IMG/VR virus record: IMGVR_UViG_3300037067_004891
Coordinates: 224,001-288,000 of that record
DNA: 64,000 nucleotides
Reading direction: 5' to 3' (one strand)
From: a virus
Taxonomy: Duplodnaviria > Caudoviricetes
The notes below the pieces were generated by a model. That model worked only from the letters and a program-made list of their open reading frames with translations, did no database searches and was not told the DNA's origin. Within the stretch, counting starts at the first letter, position 1; each line of letters begins with the position of its first letter. Below are positions 19,454-30,698 of this stretch, piece after piece. A program made the position numbers and the translations under genes.

Positions 19454-20365
19454 TTATTTTTCATAAGAATATTTTTTGAAGTGTAAATTTAATAATTCTT
19501 TGGTTATACTTTTATCAAATTCTATCTTAACAATTTTATCATTTTTTTTATTTTCAATTAATTGAATCTTGGACGTATTTATAAAACCAACACAGTCATT
19601 AGATAAAAAAACAAAATATTGATATTTCATGGTATTTATACCTCGTTTATAATTGAATACATCTGAAACAACATCTGAAAATATAATTTTAATCACATCT
19701 AAATTTAAAATATTCCATTCACTTTTTTCATCTAATATTAAAGTTTTTAATGCAAACTCGGATTTATTTATTTCGTTAAACATCCATAAATCAATTCCAA
19801 ATTTTTTCTCATTTACTGTTGATTCTTTTGATCTCATACCTTTCACCAACCCATTGTTTAATATATCACTAAATGTAATATTATTTGAAAATGTCGTTAT
19901 TTTTTCCGACCTATCTAATAATTTAATGAAATTAGTCTCCGAGAATATTTTTTCAGTGTGGACATATATATGATTTAAATAGTCTATATTACATTCTTCT
20001 TTATCATATTTAATATTATCTGGGTAATATTTACATATAATCTTAAAAAGATATTTATCTTCCAATATATTATCAAGAATTTTCAATCTTTTATTAGAAC
20101 TGTCATTTACAAGTAATTTAACAACACTTTTAATTCGGTCATTTGAACCTTTATAATCTAAAAGATTTTTTAATAATAAATATCTAATTAAAGTATAATA
20201 ATTTATATAGGTGAATATATCCCTCGCCTTAAAAATTCTATTAAAATTATTTCTCGTTACATGCAAAATCTTATATCCATCTGTGAAAAATTTTATATTT
20301 GGGTCTTTTAGAAAAACATATGAATTTTTTAGATTTTTATCAATGTAACTAATAAAATCACTCAT
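19454..20365 (-). CDS. Hypothetical protein (possible PD-(D/E)xK fold)
   Basis: EKKFGIDLWM...ALK; weak match. Confidence 0.45.
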   Translation of the reverse strand: MSDFISYIDKNLKNSYVFLKDPNIKFFTDGYKILHVTRNNFNRIFKARDIFTYINYYTLIRYLLLKNLLDYKGSNDRIKSVVKLLVNDSSNKRLKILDNILEDKYLFKIICKYYPDNIKYDKEECNIDYLNHIYVHTEKIFSETNFIKLLDRSEKITTFSNNITFSDILNNGLVKGMRSKESTVNEKKFGIDLWMFNEINKSEFALKTLILDEKSEWNILNLDVIKIIFSDVVSDVFNYKRGINTMKYQYFVFLSNDCVGFINTSKIQLIENKKNDKIVKIEFDKSITKELLNLHFKKYSYEK

Positions 20366-20429
20366 TAATATCTTTAATTTTTACTATTATAGTAAATAAA
20401 ATATTAAATGTTTAGTATGTATATGTATA

Positions 20430-21176
20430 TTACTTAAAATATTTATTTGTATTAACAAATTTAAAAATAGTACCAGACTTCTCAACATCATTTTTAATCT
20501 GGATATTATCATCATAATGTTGTAGTGCTTTTATGTTTCTTAGAATATATGATTTTTTAACTCTATCACCATCTGTTGTGAATACCTCATAAATATTAAT
20601 ATTATTATTTCGTATAAATTTCCAAATATTGACCGTATCATAATTCTGCCTCGATGTTACAACAACAATGGTATGTGTTTTTGACAATTCATTTATTTTA
20701 TCAATAATTTCTAAATTCGGTTCAAAATTATCATAATCGTCATAAATTTTAGGACGAATAGTACCTCTTATAATAGATTTATGCAACACGCCATCAAAAT
20801 CAAAACTTATAGTTTTTTTAAATACGGGTTCATATAAATTTGGTAATTTATTATTAATTGTTTTATTTGCTTGTGAATATGAAATAGTTGATGTATTCAT
20901 ATCAAAATCAATATTGAATGCATTTCCTATACGAATCAATTTATCAACTAATTCCTTTTCATTATCTTCGTCCTGTATTATTACATTCAACTTTATAATT
21001 TCTTGAAAATTATCCAAATCTTTTAACATATATGGATGCAACCCTTCTATTTCTTTTATTTTATTATATGCCTGATAATAATAAATTTTATTAGTCGGGT
21101 TTTCTATCTCATATGAATCATATGGTTTGAATGTGAATATTTTATAAGTGGTGTTAAATTCTTCAAATGTTTTCAT
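20430..21176 (-). CDS. CTS-tagged HAD-family phosphatase
   Basis: Leader MKTFEEF; DFDGVL, VVTSR, K, HYDD motifs. Confidence 0.8.
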   Translation of the reverse strand: MKTFEEFNTTYKIFTFKPYDSYEIENPTNKIYYYQAYNKIKEIEGLHPYMLKDLDNFQEIIKLNVIIQDEDNEKELVDKLIRIGNAFNIDFDMNTSTISYSQANKTINNKLPNLYEPVFKKTISFDFDGVLHKSIIRGTIRPKIYDDYDNFEPNLEIIDKINELSKTHTIVVVTSRQNYDTVNIWKFIRNNNINIYEVFTTDGDRVKKSYILRNIKALQHYDDNIQIKNDVEKSGTIFKFVNTNKYFK

Positions 21177-21757
21177 AATACTGGTTTGTATTTATCTACG
21201 AATCGAATCGGTAATTTTAATTTTAAATTATAAATTTTATTTTTATATTCATTATATATTTTATCTATGGTAATTTTATCATTCAAATAAGTGTTTTCAT
21301 CTGGGTGATGTGAATTTAAAACACCCTGTTTTTTACTATCAAGTTCTTCTTCATATGGGGCAAGGTTTAATATTTCAATATCTATTAATGATGGTTTAAT
21401 ATCAATACCAGTTTTTATATTATATTTTGTAGCATATACTCTTTCTTCTCTTTCAGATTTATCAGGATAGTTTGTATCGAAAAATGGTTTGATTTTATAA
21501 TTATTTTTTAGCTTGTTATAATCAACACAAATTCGACAACTTCTTTTATCTACTCTTAATTCTGTTGATCTCATATCAAAATTACGACTAAAAGATACAT
21601 AATTAGAATATGAGTTGTGAAGAAATAAACCGCAATCTGGTTTATATTGTTTGAGTATTTTATATAAAATATAAATACTGGTATAATGATATATTGGTGT
21701 TATAATTAAATTATCATTGAGTTTTTCATTTAGAAAATCAGAATATATCTTAATCAT
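21173..21757 (-). CDS. CTS-tagged ADP-ribosyltransferase-like protein
   Basis: Leader MIKIYSDFLNE; YHYTS / VSFSRN / EREERV motif order. Confidence 0.6.
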   Translation of the reverse strand: MIKIYSDFLNEKLNDNLIITPIYHYTSIYILYKILKQYKPDCGLFLHNSYSNYVSFSRNFDMRSTELRVDKRSCRICVDYNKLKNNYKIKPFFDTNYPDKSEREERVYATKYNIKTGIDIKPSLIDIEILNLAPYEEELDSKKQGVLNSHHPDENTYLNDKITIDKIYNEYKNKIYNLKLKLPIRFVDKYKPVL

Positions 21758-21759
21758 AG

Positions 21760-23622
21760 CTATTTGTTTATAGTTTTTCTATCGCTAATTCCTTTAAATA
21801 TTACATTAACAGGGCCTAATCCATTTTCCATAGGTGTTTCATTATAATATATATCATTTCTATCTGTCCAACCACCTCGAACAATTGGTAATTCATCTTT
21901 TTCAATAATAATATCACCCATAGTAGAATCTAAACCAAGTATAATTTTCTTATCATATTTTTTTAATTGATATATAGTATTATTCTTTGTAATAGTTGCT
22001 TTTTCCAGTTCCTTTGGTGCAATATTGTAAATTTTTTGTCCATCTTTATGATAGTTTTCATTTTTTTCTGATACAAAATAAACATCAATAGAATCAATAC
22101 TATTAGAATACTTTAATTGTTTTATAATATCTGATTTTATAATTCTATCAAATCTTTGGTTGTTAATAAAATAATCAGATAAAGTACTTATTATTTCTTC
22201 CCTGACATTTTCTTCAACAGTATCATTAAATCTTCTAACATAAATATTAATAATATATCTTGTAATAGTTGGCTGAATTATCTCAATATCACTCGTCAAC
22301 ATTATTATCCCCATTTTTTTTAAATATTTCATAACCTTTTCCTTTTCAATATCATCTAAATAAAAAATATTGAGTGGTGCATTAAAATAATTAATATCAC
22401 TTGTAAAAAAACGAGTAATATCTGGAACTAAATATAAAAACATTTTATCGTCATTTGTAATATTAAGATTTTCTAAATATGATATTTTATTTAAAATATC
22501 TTCTCTTATTACGTTATTTATTATATTATCGTTTATACTACTTTTTAAATCAGTTATAATTTTATTTTTATTAAAGTCATCATAATCGTTCAATAAATTA
22601 TAAGCATTAACTTTTGAAAATATATTTAAACGTTTTAAATGATAAATAAATTGAGATGGAGTAGCCAATACAAAATTTCTGGATACATAAGGTAATATGT
22701 TTTTTGTAAACAATGTTGTTTCACCATTAGATGAAAAACTAATTTCTCTATCTATTATTATATCAAAATAATCTTCAATGCTCAACACGTCACCACCTGA
22801 TGATGTGACTTCACCTATAAATTTAAAATTATTTAAAGTTAAATTTGTTATATCACCATCTACGCCGTCAGTTAATAAAAATTTAATTTCTATTCGAGAA
22901 CCTTGACCTGGAACAAATCCAAAATTATTTGTACCAAAATAAACATCAACCCCACCATTCATACCTGTTTTAACATAACACTCATAAGACGATGGTGCTA
23001 AATCATATAAATGATCTTTTAATGTAACTTGAACACCATTATATGTTACATATACTTCAAAATTATCAATTTTTTTTAAATTTGATACACTAACACTAAA
23101 TGATTGTTCTTCTAATCCATTACCAGTAAATCGCTGAACTTCATATTTTCCTTGTATAATATTTAAATAAATTTCTTTAGTACTACCAAAGTTATATGAA
23201 CTAAACTCATCGTTAGATAAAATGGTATAAAACAAACCATTTGTGTTGTTCTTAATAACAGTTTCATTCGGAATAATTATATTACTTGTTCCAATATCAT
23301 CTAATAAATTAACGCCTGATTTCACTCTTAATTTTAAAACACCAGTTGCTGAAATAGCTCGACTTGGATTGTGTCCACTAATTCTTGATATACTTCTAAT
23401 AGCCTTTTCATTGTATGTGTTTTCTATATCTATTTGGTTAATGGAATTCTTTAAATGTAATATAGTGTGTTGAAACAATTCTTCTTGAACATTTATTATT
23501 TGACCATGTGGAGATGCGTTAGTAAAATTCAAATCACTTTTATTATATACACCACGCAACCAATTTTTAATCTGGTCAGAAAGTTTTTGATATTCCAGTT
23601 CTATGTAATTAAAAAACGCCAT
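21760..23622 (-). CDS. Baseplate wedge protein (T4 gp6-like)
   Basis: ISGHNPSRAISATG, IIQG, DVYFGTNNFGFVP...I.I.FL.TDG..G, LSDYF. Confidence 0.85.
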   Translation of the reverse strand: MAFFNYIELEYQKLSDQIKNWLRGVYNKSDLNFTNASPHGQIINVQEELFQHTILHLKNSINQIDIENTYNEKAIRSISRISGHNPSRAISATGVLKLRVKSGVNLLDDIGTSNIIIPNETVIKNNTNGLFYTILSNDEFSSYNFGSTKEIYLNIIQGKYEVQRFTGNGLEEQSFSVSVSNLKKIDNFEVYVTYNGVQVTLKDHLYDLAPSSYECYVKTGMNGGVDVYFGTNNFGFVPGQGSRIEIKFLLTDGVDGDITNLTLNNFKFIGEVTSSGGDVLSIEDYFDIIIDREISFSSNGETTLFTKNILPYVSRNFVLATPSQFIYHLKRLNIFSKVNAYNLLNDYDDFNKNKIITDLKSSINDNIINNVIREDILNKISYLENLNITNDDKMFLYLVPDITRFFTSDINYFNAPLNIFYLDDIEKEKVMKYLKKMGIIMLTSDIEIIQPTITRYIINIYVRRFNDTVEENVREEIISTLSDYFINNQRFDRIIKSDIIKQLKYSNSIDSIDVYFVSEKNENYHKDGQKIYNIAPKELEKATITKNNTIYQLKKYDKKIILGLDSTMGDIIIEKDELPIVRGGWTDRNDIYYNETPMENGLGPVNVIFKGISDRKTINK

Positions 23623-23629
23623 TTGTTCA

Positions 23630-24289
23630 TTAATTATTTTTTATGTTTTCTTTAATATAAATGCCAATTTCATTTATAAAATCATCCAAATTATGAATAG
23701 TTGAATCTTTAATAATATCATTACATTTAAATTTCAAGATATATTCATCATTTTTCTCTTTAACTAATACTATTTCAATATTTTCTTTATTATTTAAATT
23801 TAAAACAAAATTAAAAAACAAATTTTTACAAGGCATAATCTTATTCTGTGGTTCATATTTAAAACTATACACACTATATTCATTCATATCATTATCTTTA
23901 AACCACTTATCAATAAAAGTTGCTGGTTTGGTCATTATATCAGATAATATTTTTATATCACTGCCAAACATCCTCGAATAAAATACCCGTTTTAGTTTTG
24001 TTTTTAAATCTTCAATATCAGTAAAATTTACTCTTCTATAATCACAATTTATATCATATAAATATGTAAAATTGTTTTTTAAAATATTCACTTTTTGATT
24101 ATCTACAAAAAACATTAATTTACCATATATTATATTTGTTTTATTAAAAAACAAATTATGAATGAATACTATCATTTTCAATCCTTGTTCATCTTCAGTT
24201 TTTTCAAAAATGGTTTCAACAGATGACACTTTGGACTCATCAAACATTTCATTAATAATATTTTGTAAAATTTCTAATGATATATTCAT
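23630..24289 (-). CDS. Hypothetical protein in structural operon
   Basis: Lies between structural genes on the same strand. Confidence 0.6.
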   Translation of the reverse strand: MNISLEILQNIINEMFDESKVSSVETIFEKTEDEQGLKMIVFIHNLFFNKTNIIYGKLMFFVDNQKVNILKNNFTYLYDINCDYRRVNFTDIEDLKTKLKRVFYSRMFGSDIKILSDIMTKPATFIDKWFKDNDMNEYSVYSFKYEPQNKIMPCKNLFFNFVLNLNNKENIEIVLVKEKNDEYILKFKCNDIIKDSTIHNLDDFINEIGIYIKENIKNN

Positions 24290-24291
24290 TT

Positions 24292-26907
24292 TTAAATTAA
24301 TTCTTTTTCAATCAAATATCTATCAGTTATTGAAGATGTATCAACACCAGTAATTGAGTCTACATCTGTAATTCTTAATATTTTAATTTTGAAACCTTTA
24401 TATGAACTTAAACTTGGAATACCTGCTAAAACCAATTCATGTGTATTCAAATTTATTATAATATAAGATTGTTGAGATTCCACCACTTGATACAACCCAC
24501 TATAATCTATCATAGTTGATCCACTATAATAAATTAAATTATTAATATATGTATATTCACCTATTTCAAATAAATTACTTGATGATGTGAAGAATATTGT
24601 TTGTTCGTTTGTAACACCTGTTGATGCGACCAATTCTGCATATTGATGTACAGACGATGACATATAATATGCTCTATTATATGTTAATGCTGATGTTGTC
24701 TGATCATATGTTTTCAAATCAATTGGCATATCAATATTACTTATCAAATCTGTTTCATATATTCCATCAACACCGTTATCATAATTCATAGATATATTTA
24801 AAGTTTTACTATATAATGCTTTTTTTGGTTTAATATAAATTTCCAACATTTGTTTAAATTTTAGATCATTATTTAAAATGAGCCTCATTGGAAAATTAAC
24901 ACCATTCAAATCATCATTTAAAATGTATAATAATTTTTTGTTATTATTAGGTACAATTATATTATAAGATGTTGCTGTCGTTGTTGCGCTATTTGTTACA
25001 TTATATAAATAAATAGTAGATGTAGTAACAGTTTCGATATCTGTAAATTCTAAATCGATAACATTAAAACTCAGAGCTGGATAGATTCCAGTATAATCAA
25101 CATCAATTTCGGCTGTATCTGAATTTACAAATTGATTTGTTTGATACATTTGCAGTAATTCATCCATGTTTTCTAACCGATTTTTAATATAATCCAAATC
25201 TGTTTGAGAATATATTAAACTTCGCATTTCATTTAATTCAGTATTTATACTAATAAATCGATTCGAAATATTAATGAAGTTCTCTTGTAACTTTCCAAGT
25301 GTGCTTAATACGTTATTATATAATTCAAATCCGAATAAATTATGAATTGCAGTCGGGTCAAAATTGGGTGATATCATATCATTATCAACTTCGAAATTTA
25401 GATTTAAATCGAATATATAAGATAATCCATCTTGCTCACCATTTGATACATATTTTTTATATGGTGTAATTAAAGTGTTATCTACATCACTATCGTCATC
25501 ATCGTTCTCAGGATTATTTAGAAATGATATACCATATAAATTAGTAGTAATATTACTTTGTCCATCGTCTACTTGATAATACCATAAGATAGCATTAAAT
25601 TCAAAATCTTTAGGTGCTTCATTGTTTAATGGCATAGCATTAAATTCATCAAAATTCTTAGAAATGTAATCTGGTAAATTCATTTTCAAATATTGATTCG
25701 TTATAAAATTCATGGTTAAACCATCTATATTAGTCGAATCAAAATCATCTAATTGTTCAAAATAGTCAGTTGTGTCTAATCCAACATTATTTGTTAATTT
25801 TATACCATAATAATCGCCAGATTGTCTCAGATTATCACCATTACTTGTAACATATGTTTTATCAGTTGTATCAAATTGTCCATAAAACGAACCAGGATAA
25901 TTTCCTGGATTTGTTCTAATGGGTGATGACAAATTTTCTGCCCCCAATATTTCATTCTGTATATCGCTTGTCAATATCGGATATTCCATAGTAGGTCTAT
26001 AATTACTATCAGAATCTGTATTAAATAAAATAGTCGGTGTCTGTCCAGCTTGGTGTGGTATAAATGCTGTTATTTCTGTAAAATTACTTTTTGAATTTTG
26101 AACTTTAGACATCGCATTTATTTCACCAATATATTGTACAACTTTATTATAATTTAAATATATTTTAGAATCTGTTGGAGTATAACTCCCTGTAATGGTT
26201 TGATTAAATGTAATCGTAGCACCAGATGTATTTATAAGTAAATCTATTATTTCATATGTTTCTCCTGTTAAAACCTCAGTACCAGTGTCACCAGAAAAAA
26301 TAACCATATCACCAGTTCTAAATTTACACTGTTCATCAAGAGTGACCGTAAATTGACCACCACCAACATTTTCAATATATGTTACATTATATGGTATTAC
26401 TTCTCTTTCTTTCCATAAATATTTTCTGAAATAATCACTATTTGATACTGTATCTTCGTTTGAATTTTTAAAATCTGTTAAATTTTTATCCCAATCAGCT
26501 TTATGCACAGCAGGTTCTAAATCAATAACACCCAGCTTTCTTAACCACTTCCAAAATATTTTTTCTACGACAGTCATTGGTTCACCAACATTATAAAAAT
26601 CAGTATTTGAATTTATTTTTGTTTGTCTAATTCCAACGTCATGGTTAGCTACATAATTTCGCAATGATTCTATTAGTTGATCAGAAAATTTTGATGGCGT
26701 ATTCGGGTCAACAGTATAAAAAGATTCTCTAAAATCTAAAACATTATTTATTAAATCTTGTTTGGGTAATTTCAATAAAACAAATTTCGTGAAATCTATC
26801 TTATAGTCAGCATTTTGAAATGCTATTGTTATATCTTCGGAACTACTTGGAAAACTATAAAAACTAATGCCTTTGGATTTCATTCCCTTATACAATGGTG
26901 TAGCCAT
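24292..26907 (-). CDS. Large virion structural protein
   Basis: 871 aa, rich in N/T/D/S, co-transcribed with the baseplate wedge gene. Confidence 0.65.
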   Translation of the reverse strand: MATPLYKGMKSKGISFYSFPSSSEDITIAFQNADYKIDFTKFVLLKLPKQDLINNVLDFRESFYTVDPNTPSKFSDQLIESLRNYVANHDVGIRQTKINSNTDFYNVGEPMTVVEKIFWKWLRKLGVIDLEPAVHKADWDKNLTDFKNSNEDTVSNSDYFRKYLWKEREVIPYNVTYIENVGGGQFTVTLDEQCKFRTGDMVIFSGDTGTEVLTGETYEIIDLLINTSGATITFNQTITGSYTPTDSKIYLNYNKVVQYIGEINAMSKVQNSKSNFTEITAFIPHQAGQTPTILFNTDSDSNYRPTMEYPILTSDIQNEILGAENLSSPIRTNPGNYPGSFYGQFDTTDKTYVTSNGDNLRQSGDYYGIKLTNNVGLDTTDYFEQLDDFDSTNIDGLTMNFITNQYLKMNLPDYISKNFDEFNAMPLNNEAPKDFEFNAILWYYQVDDGQSNITTNLYGISFLNNPENDDDDSDVDNTLITPYKKYVSNGEQDGLSYIFDLNLNFEVDNDMISPNFDPTAIHNLFGFELYNNVLSTLGKLQENFINISNRFISINTELNEMRSLIYSQTDLDYIKNRLENMDELLQMYQTNQFVNSDTAEIDVDYTGIYPALSFNVIDLEFTDIETVTTSTIYLYNVTNSATTTATSYNIIVPNNNKKLLYILNDDLNGVNFPMRLILNNDLKFKQMLEIYIKPKKALYSKTLNISMNYDNGVDGIYETDLISNIDMPIDLKTYDQTTSALTYNRAYYMSSSVHQYAELVASTGVTNEQTIFFTSSSNLFEIGEYTYINNLIYYSGSTMIDYSGLYQVVESQQSYIIINLNTHELVLAGIPSLSSYKGFKIKILRITDVDSITGVDTSSITDRYLIEKELI

Positions 26908-26929
26908 ATTAAATTAATTAAATTTTTAA

Positions 26930-27300
26930 CTATATATAAAATTATAAAAGATACATTTAAAATATTTGATGTTGTTTCTTCATTTTCATTAAAATATCAC
27001 ATAATTTATAAACTGAGATATACATATCTTTAATATTTTTACTTTGATTGATCCTAAAAACATTACAACCATATTCAGTTTCTAAAAATAATTGTCTTTT
27101 AATATCTTTTTCTAATTGTTGTTGGTTTTTATGATACCTTTCATCCCATTCAATAATAACATTTAATTTTTCTATAAACCCGTCAACAGAATATTTTTTA
27201 AATCTTTTTTCTCGTTCTGTTTTTAGAGCATGTTGTATATATAATTCTGTTAATCGTTCAATTAGCCCAAAAAAATAAAATAGACAATTTAATATTATTA
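26930..27300 (-). pseudogene. Start-less Vsr/DUF559-like endonuclease fragment (ends approximate)
   Basis: Hand translation: KYSVDGFIEKLNVIIEWDERYHKNQQQLEKDIKRQLFLETEYGCNVFRI; no start codon. Confidence 0.7.
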
Positions 27301-27316
27301 GATTTTAAAAAATAAA

Positions 27317-27349
27317 AAAGGCGTATTAGAATTTACTAATACACCTTTT
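27317..27349. terminator. Hairpin/terminator
   Basis: aaaggcgtattag-aattta-ctaatacacctttt. Confidence 0.6.
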
Positions 27350-27554
27350 ATATATTAAAAATGCTTTTTACTTATTTGAAAAAAATTCCATCTAACTTTC
27401 TTTTTCGAGTTGATATTTTTTAATGTTTTCCAATGTAGCTATTAATAATTCCGTCTCAATATTTATTAATTTAATATTATTTATAATTGTCAATTTTTTT
27501 CGATTATAGTACTTTTTTCATTAATATAGAAATTATAAAAAATTCCATATTGCA

Positions 27555-28067
27555 CTATTTATCACCAAAAATCTTTTCTATTTTCATTTTTCTTTCATTT
27601 ATATTATTACTATTATAACAAATTGTATTTATCATTAAAATCATTTTATCTTCAAACACCTTTTTACAATTTGATTTTTCTAACAATATTTCAATATTCC
27701 CACACATTTCATTCAATGTATTTTTTTTCATTTTTGCGATTAAAACTTCAGCATTATCAAGTTTCTCATTATTATATTCTTTCTGAACAGAATCATATAA
27801 TTTTTTTGTATTAATTAAATCATCAATAAGGGGTTGTGATGTATTCGTCTGATAAGCACATTTTATAAGATACCGAAATAGAAAACCAGCTTTCTGTCTG
27901 TTTTCTAATTTTAAATAATTCGTTTTCTTTTTTTCAGTAAATGGAAAATATGCCAATAATAAACTATAACTGATAATAACTGGGTTTGGTAATTTAACTG
28001 GATGTAATATTCCAAAATTAAGATATATATCCAAATTTTTCACTTTATTATAAACATTGTTTCTCAT
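27555..28067 (-). CDS. Hypothetical protein with C-terminal RxxKIxxI tag
   Basis: Ends ERKMKIEKIFGDK. Confidence 0.65.
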   Translation of the reverse strand: MRNNVYNKVKNLDIYLNFGILHPVKLPNPVIISYSLLLAYFPFTEKKKTNYLKLENRQKAGFLFRYLIKCAYQTNTSQPLIDDLINTKKLYDSVQKEYNNEKLDNAEVLIAKMKKNTLNEMCGNIEILLEKSNCKKVFEDKMILMINTICYNSNNINERKMKIEKIFGDK

Positions 28068-28089
28068 TTTACAATTTTATTAAAAATAA

Positions 28090-28196
28090 GGTTTAAATAT
28101 CCGAGGATGCACCTCATAAATTTATATAATATTAGCAGTTTTAAATGTTACCGCATTATGAATTTAGTCTTTTGTTGCAGATTAGATATTTAAACC
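28090..28196 (-). ncRNA. Candidate structured RNA closed by a 12-bp stem
   Basis: ggtttaaatatc...gatatttaaacc; internal gagg-tgcat-cctc and gcggt...actgc hairpins. Confidence 0.35.
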
Positions 28197-28231
28197 ATAA
28201 TACAAAAATATGATTATTTTTTAATATAATA

Positions 28232-28513
28232 TTATAAATTGCTATTTTTTCTAAAATAAATTGATTCCTTAGAAGCAACAAAACATATAATAGTTTTACC
28301 ATCTTGAAACTCACTGTTTTCATTTATTGCTTGAAATAAAGAATTGTTTTTTATTACAATCGGAATACCATATTCTGTATATTCAGCTATACCATGTTTT
28401 TTAGATTCAGCATCAGATAAATACGATCCTTTTGTTAAACCACATTTACATGATTTGATACTATAATCCAAATTAAATATTTCATTACATTTTGAACACA
28501 TTAATAATTTCAT
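28232..28513 (-). CDS. Small zinc-binding protein
   Basis: CSKC...CKCG. Confidence 0.65.
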   Translation of the reverse strand: MKLLMCSKCNEIFNLDYSIKSCKCGLTKGSYLSDAESKKHGIAEYTEYGIPIVIKNNSLFQAINENSEFQDGKTIICFVASKESIYFRKNSNL

Positions 28514-28536
28514 ATGATTTTTATATTTATATATTA

Positions 28537-28878
28537 TTATTTTAACAATTTAAAAAAATCATCGATATTTAATACTACATATGTTTTACTTCGATTCCTT
28601 CTGAATACTAAGAGTGATTTAGTATTTGGTTGACAGTTTTTTTCAGCTTGTTCAAGCCAAGCCCAAATTTTAGTGGTTTCTTGATTTTTAGCTTCTATTG
28701 AATAAGGAAATAATTTTTTAGCAGCCGTTGATAATTGAACATCAACACCAGATTCACCAGATATTGTTGATTTAACATCATCTGTAGTTAGTTCTGAATA
28801 TTTTTCAAGTATCAATTCAACGATTTCGTTTTGTAACCGTTTACCTTTATTTTTACAACTTCGACTTTTTATTGACAT
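28537..28878 (-). CDS. Holliday junction resolvase-like PD-(D/E)xK nuclease
   Basis: KGKRLQNE...GVDV...SIEAKNQE...LVFRRNR. Confidence 0.75.
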   Translation of the reverse strand: MSIKSRSCKNKGKRLQNEIVELILEKYSELTTDDVKSTISGESGVDVQLSTAAKKLFPYSIEAKNQETTKIWAWLEQAEKNCQPNTKSLLVFRRNRSKTYVVLNIDDFFKLLK

Positions 28879-28879
28879 T

Positions 28880-29383
28880 TTAAATATCTATATGTTTCCA
28901 ATTTTTTCTATTTACTATATAACCAATTAATGATTTACTAACATGATATATTTTTGCAATTTCTTTTTGGGTTTTTAAACCTTTCAATTCTATAATTTCC
29001 CTAACTTCGAAATCGTTTAATTTTGCTCTACCATTAAATACACCATTATGATTTAATACACCGTTATCAATAGCATGATTATTATTTTCAAGGTGTGTTG
29101 ACCATTCTAAATTATTTATATTATTATTTTTTTTATTTAAATCTATATGATTTACTGTCCTTTTGTTAAAAGGATTTGGTATAAAAGCTTCAGCAACTAA
29201 TCTATGTATTTTATAAATTTTTGATAAAGGACTGTTTCTCAAATGTATGACTAAATAACCATAATTATCTTCAATTTCTTTTAATAAAATATTTTTTCTT
29301 AAACTTTTAACCCTTCCCTTATTACTAATTTCATATAAACCTTCCCAACTTTTTATTGGTAACCACATTTCGTTTGATTCCAT
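28880..29383 (-). CDS. NUMOD4-HNH homing endonuclease
   Basis: EGLYEISNKGRVKS; HRLVAEAFIPNP; VNHIDLNKKNN...NLEW...N; C-terminal HTH. Confidence 0.9.
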   Translation of the reverse strand: MESNEMWLPIKSWEGLYEISNKGRVKSLRKNILLKEIEDNYGYLVIHLRNSPLSKIYKIHRLVAEAFIPNPFNKRTVNHIDLNKKNNNINNLEWSTHLENNNHAIDNGVLNHNGVFNGRAKLNDFEVREIIELKGLKTQKEIAKIYHVSKSLIGYIVNRKNWKHIDI

Positions 29384-29396
29384 ATAATATATTTAT

Positions 29397-30038
29397 TTAA
29401 AAATCACCTTGTCCACCATAATGACAAACCAAATATGAGGGTGTTTTAGCTAATTTTTTAAATTGCAAACCCTTCCCAACACACTGAAGTAAAAAAAACC
29501 AATCATGTCCATATCCGTTATTCCATTTAGGTTTATGTACCATATCTTTATATCTTTCTGTATAAAAATTTCTATGTGATATTGAACTCGTACCAATAGA
29601 ACCCCACCTTGGTTCTACCTCTCTGGAAAATAATTGTTTAAAGTCGGACGACAATACTAAATAATCATTATAATAAACCATGTCTACATCATCTGAGAAT
29701 TGATTTACAATGGTTTCTATATGAGTTTTTCCTAATACATCATCGGCATCGAAATAGCTTATTATATCACCCGTTGCAGCTTGTAAACCTTCCTGTCTAA
29801 GTCCACCATATGTTGGATATTTATTAGCTCTTATAAGTTTAACATTTTCATCATTCGAAAAATGTTGGTCATACAAAGCATTTGTAATCTGGCAACCGTC
29901 ACTAACAATTATCAATTCACAATTAGTGTATGTTTGTTTTTTAAAAGAATTGACGGCACGTAAAAATTTTTTATCTGAGTTTTTTGCACATCCTTGGTAA
30001 AATTGTAAATAAGAAGCCATTATAACTGATACTTTCAT
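29397..30038 (-). CDS. Glycosyltransferase family 2
   Basis: KVSVIM, ELIIVSDG, YFDADD. Confidence 0.9.
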   Translation of the reverse strand: MKVSVIMASYLQFYQGCAKNSDKKFLRAVNSFKKQTYTNCELIIVSDGCQITNALYDQHFSNDENVKLIRANKYPTYGGLRQEGLQAATGDIISYFDADDVLGKTHIETIVNQFSDDVDMVYYNDYLVLSSDFKQLFSREVEPRWGSIGTSSISHRNFYTERYKDMVHKPKWNNGYGHDWFFLLQCVGKGLQFKKLAKTPSYLVCHYGGQGDF

Positions 30039-30140
30039 GTTTATTTCTTTGTTTTTTAATCGTATTATTATATACGATTTTTTTATGATAAAATTACACT
30101 TAACATTAAGTTATATATAGTAAAAAATGGGTTTCCTTTA

Positions 30141-30679
30141 ATGAAAAAAATACCCAACATGAAGCAGAAGAAAATGTTTTAAACAAATGCAAAGAAAAAA
30201 ATTACACATTATTAGAAGAATTTACATATAAAAACAATAAAACTAAATTATATTTAAAATGTAATATACATAATGTTGAATTAAAAACAACGTATAATCT
30301 ATTGTTAAGTGAAAATTTAAATTGCTCTGATTGTGTTAAAGATAAAAAAAGAAAAACTAATGAAGAAAAAAAGAATTGGAATATAGAGATATCAACTTTC
30401 AAAAAATATAAAAAACAAGTTAATAAATACACAGATAAAAATAAAAAAGAATTATTTATAAACTGGAATGGTTTAGATTATTATGATGGTGAGTATATAA
30501 AGAATTATTTAACATTACACAATAGTAATACAAGATACCCAACAATCGACCACAAAAAATCCATATTTTATGGTTTTAAAAATAATATATCACCAGAAGA
30601 AATAGGAAAAATTGATAATTTAGTTATAACTAAAAGAAGTATAAATTCAAAAAAAGGAAATAAAATAAATTATATATAA
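30141..30679 (+). CDS. HNH-like endonuclease (5' end frameshifted in an A-run)
   Basis: The frame stays open upstream of the track start (zinc motif KCNIH...CSDC); PTIDHKKS...NLVITKRSINSKK. Confidence 0.6.
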
Positions 30680-30698
30680 TAAAAAATAAGTTCCATCG

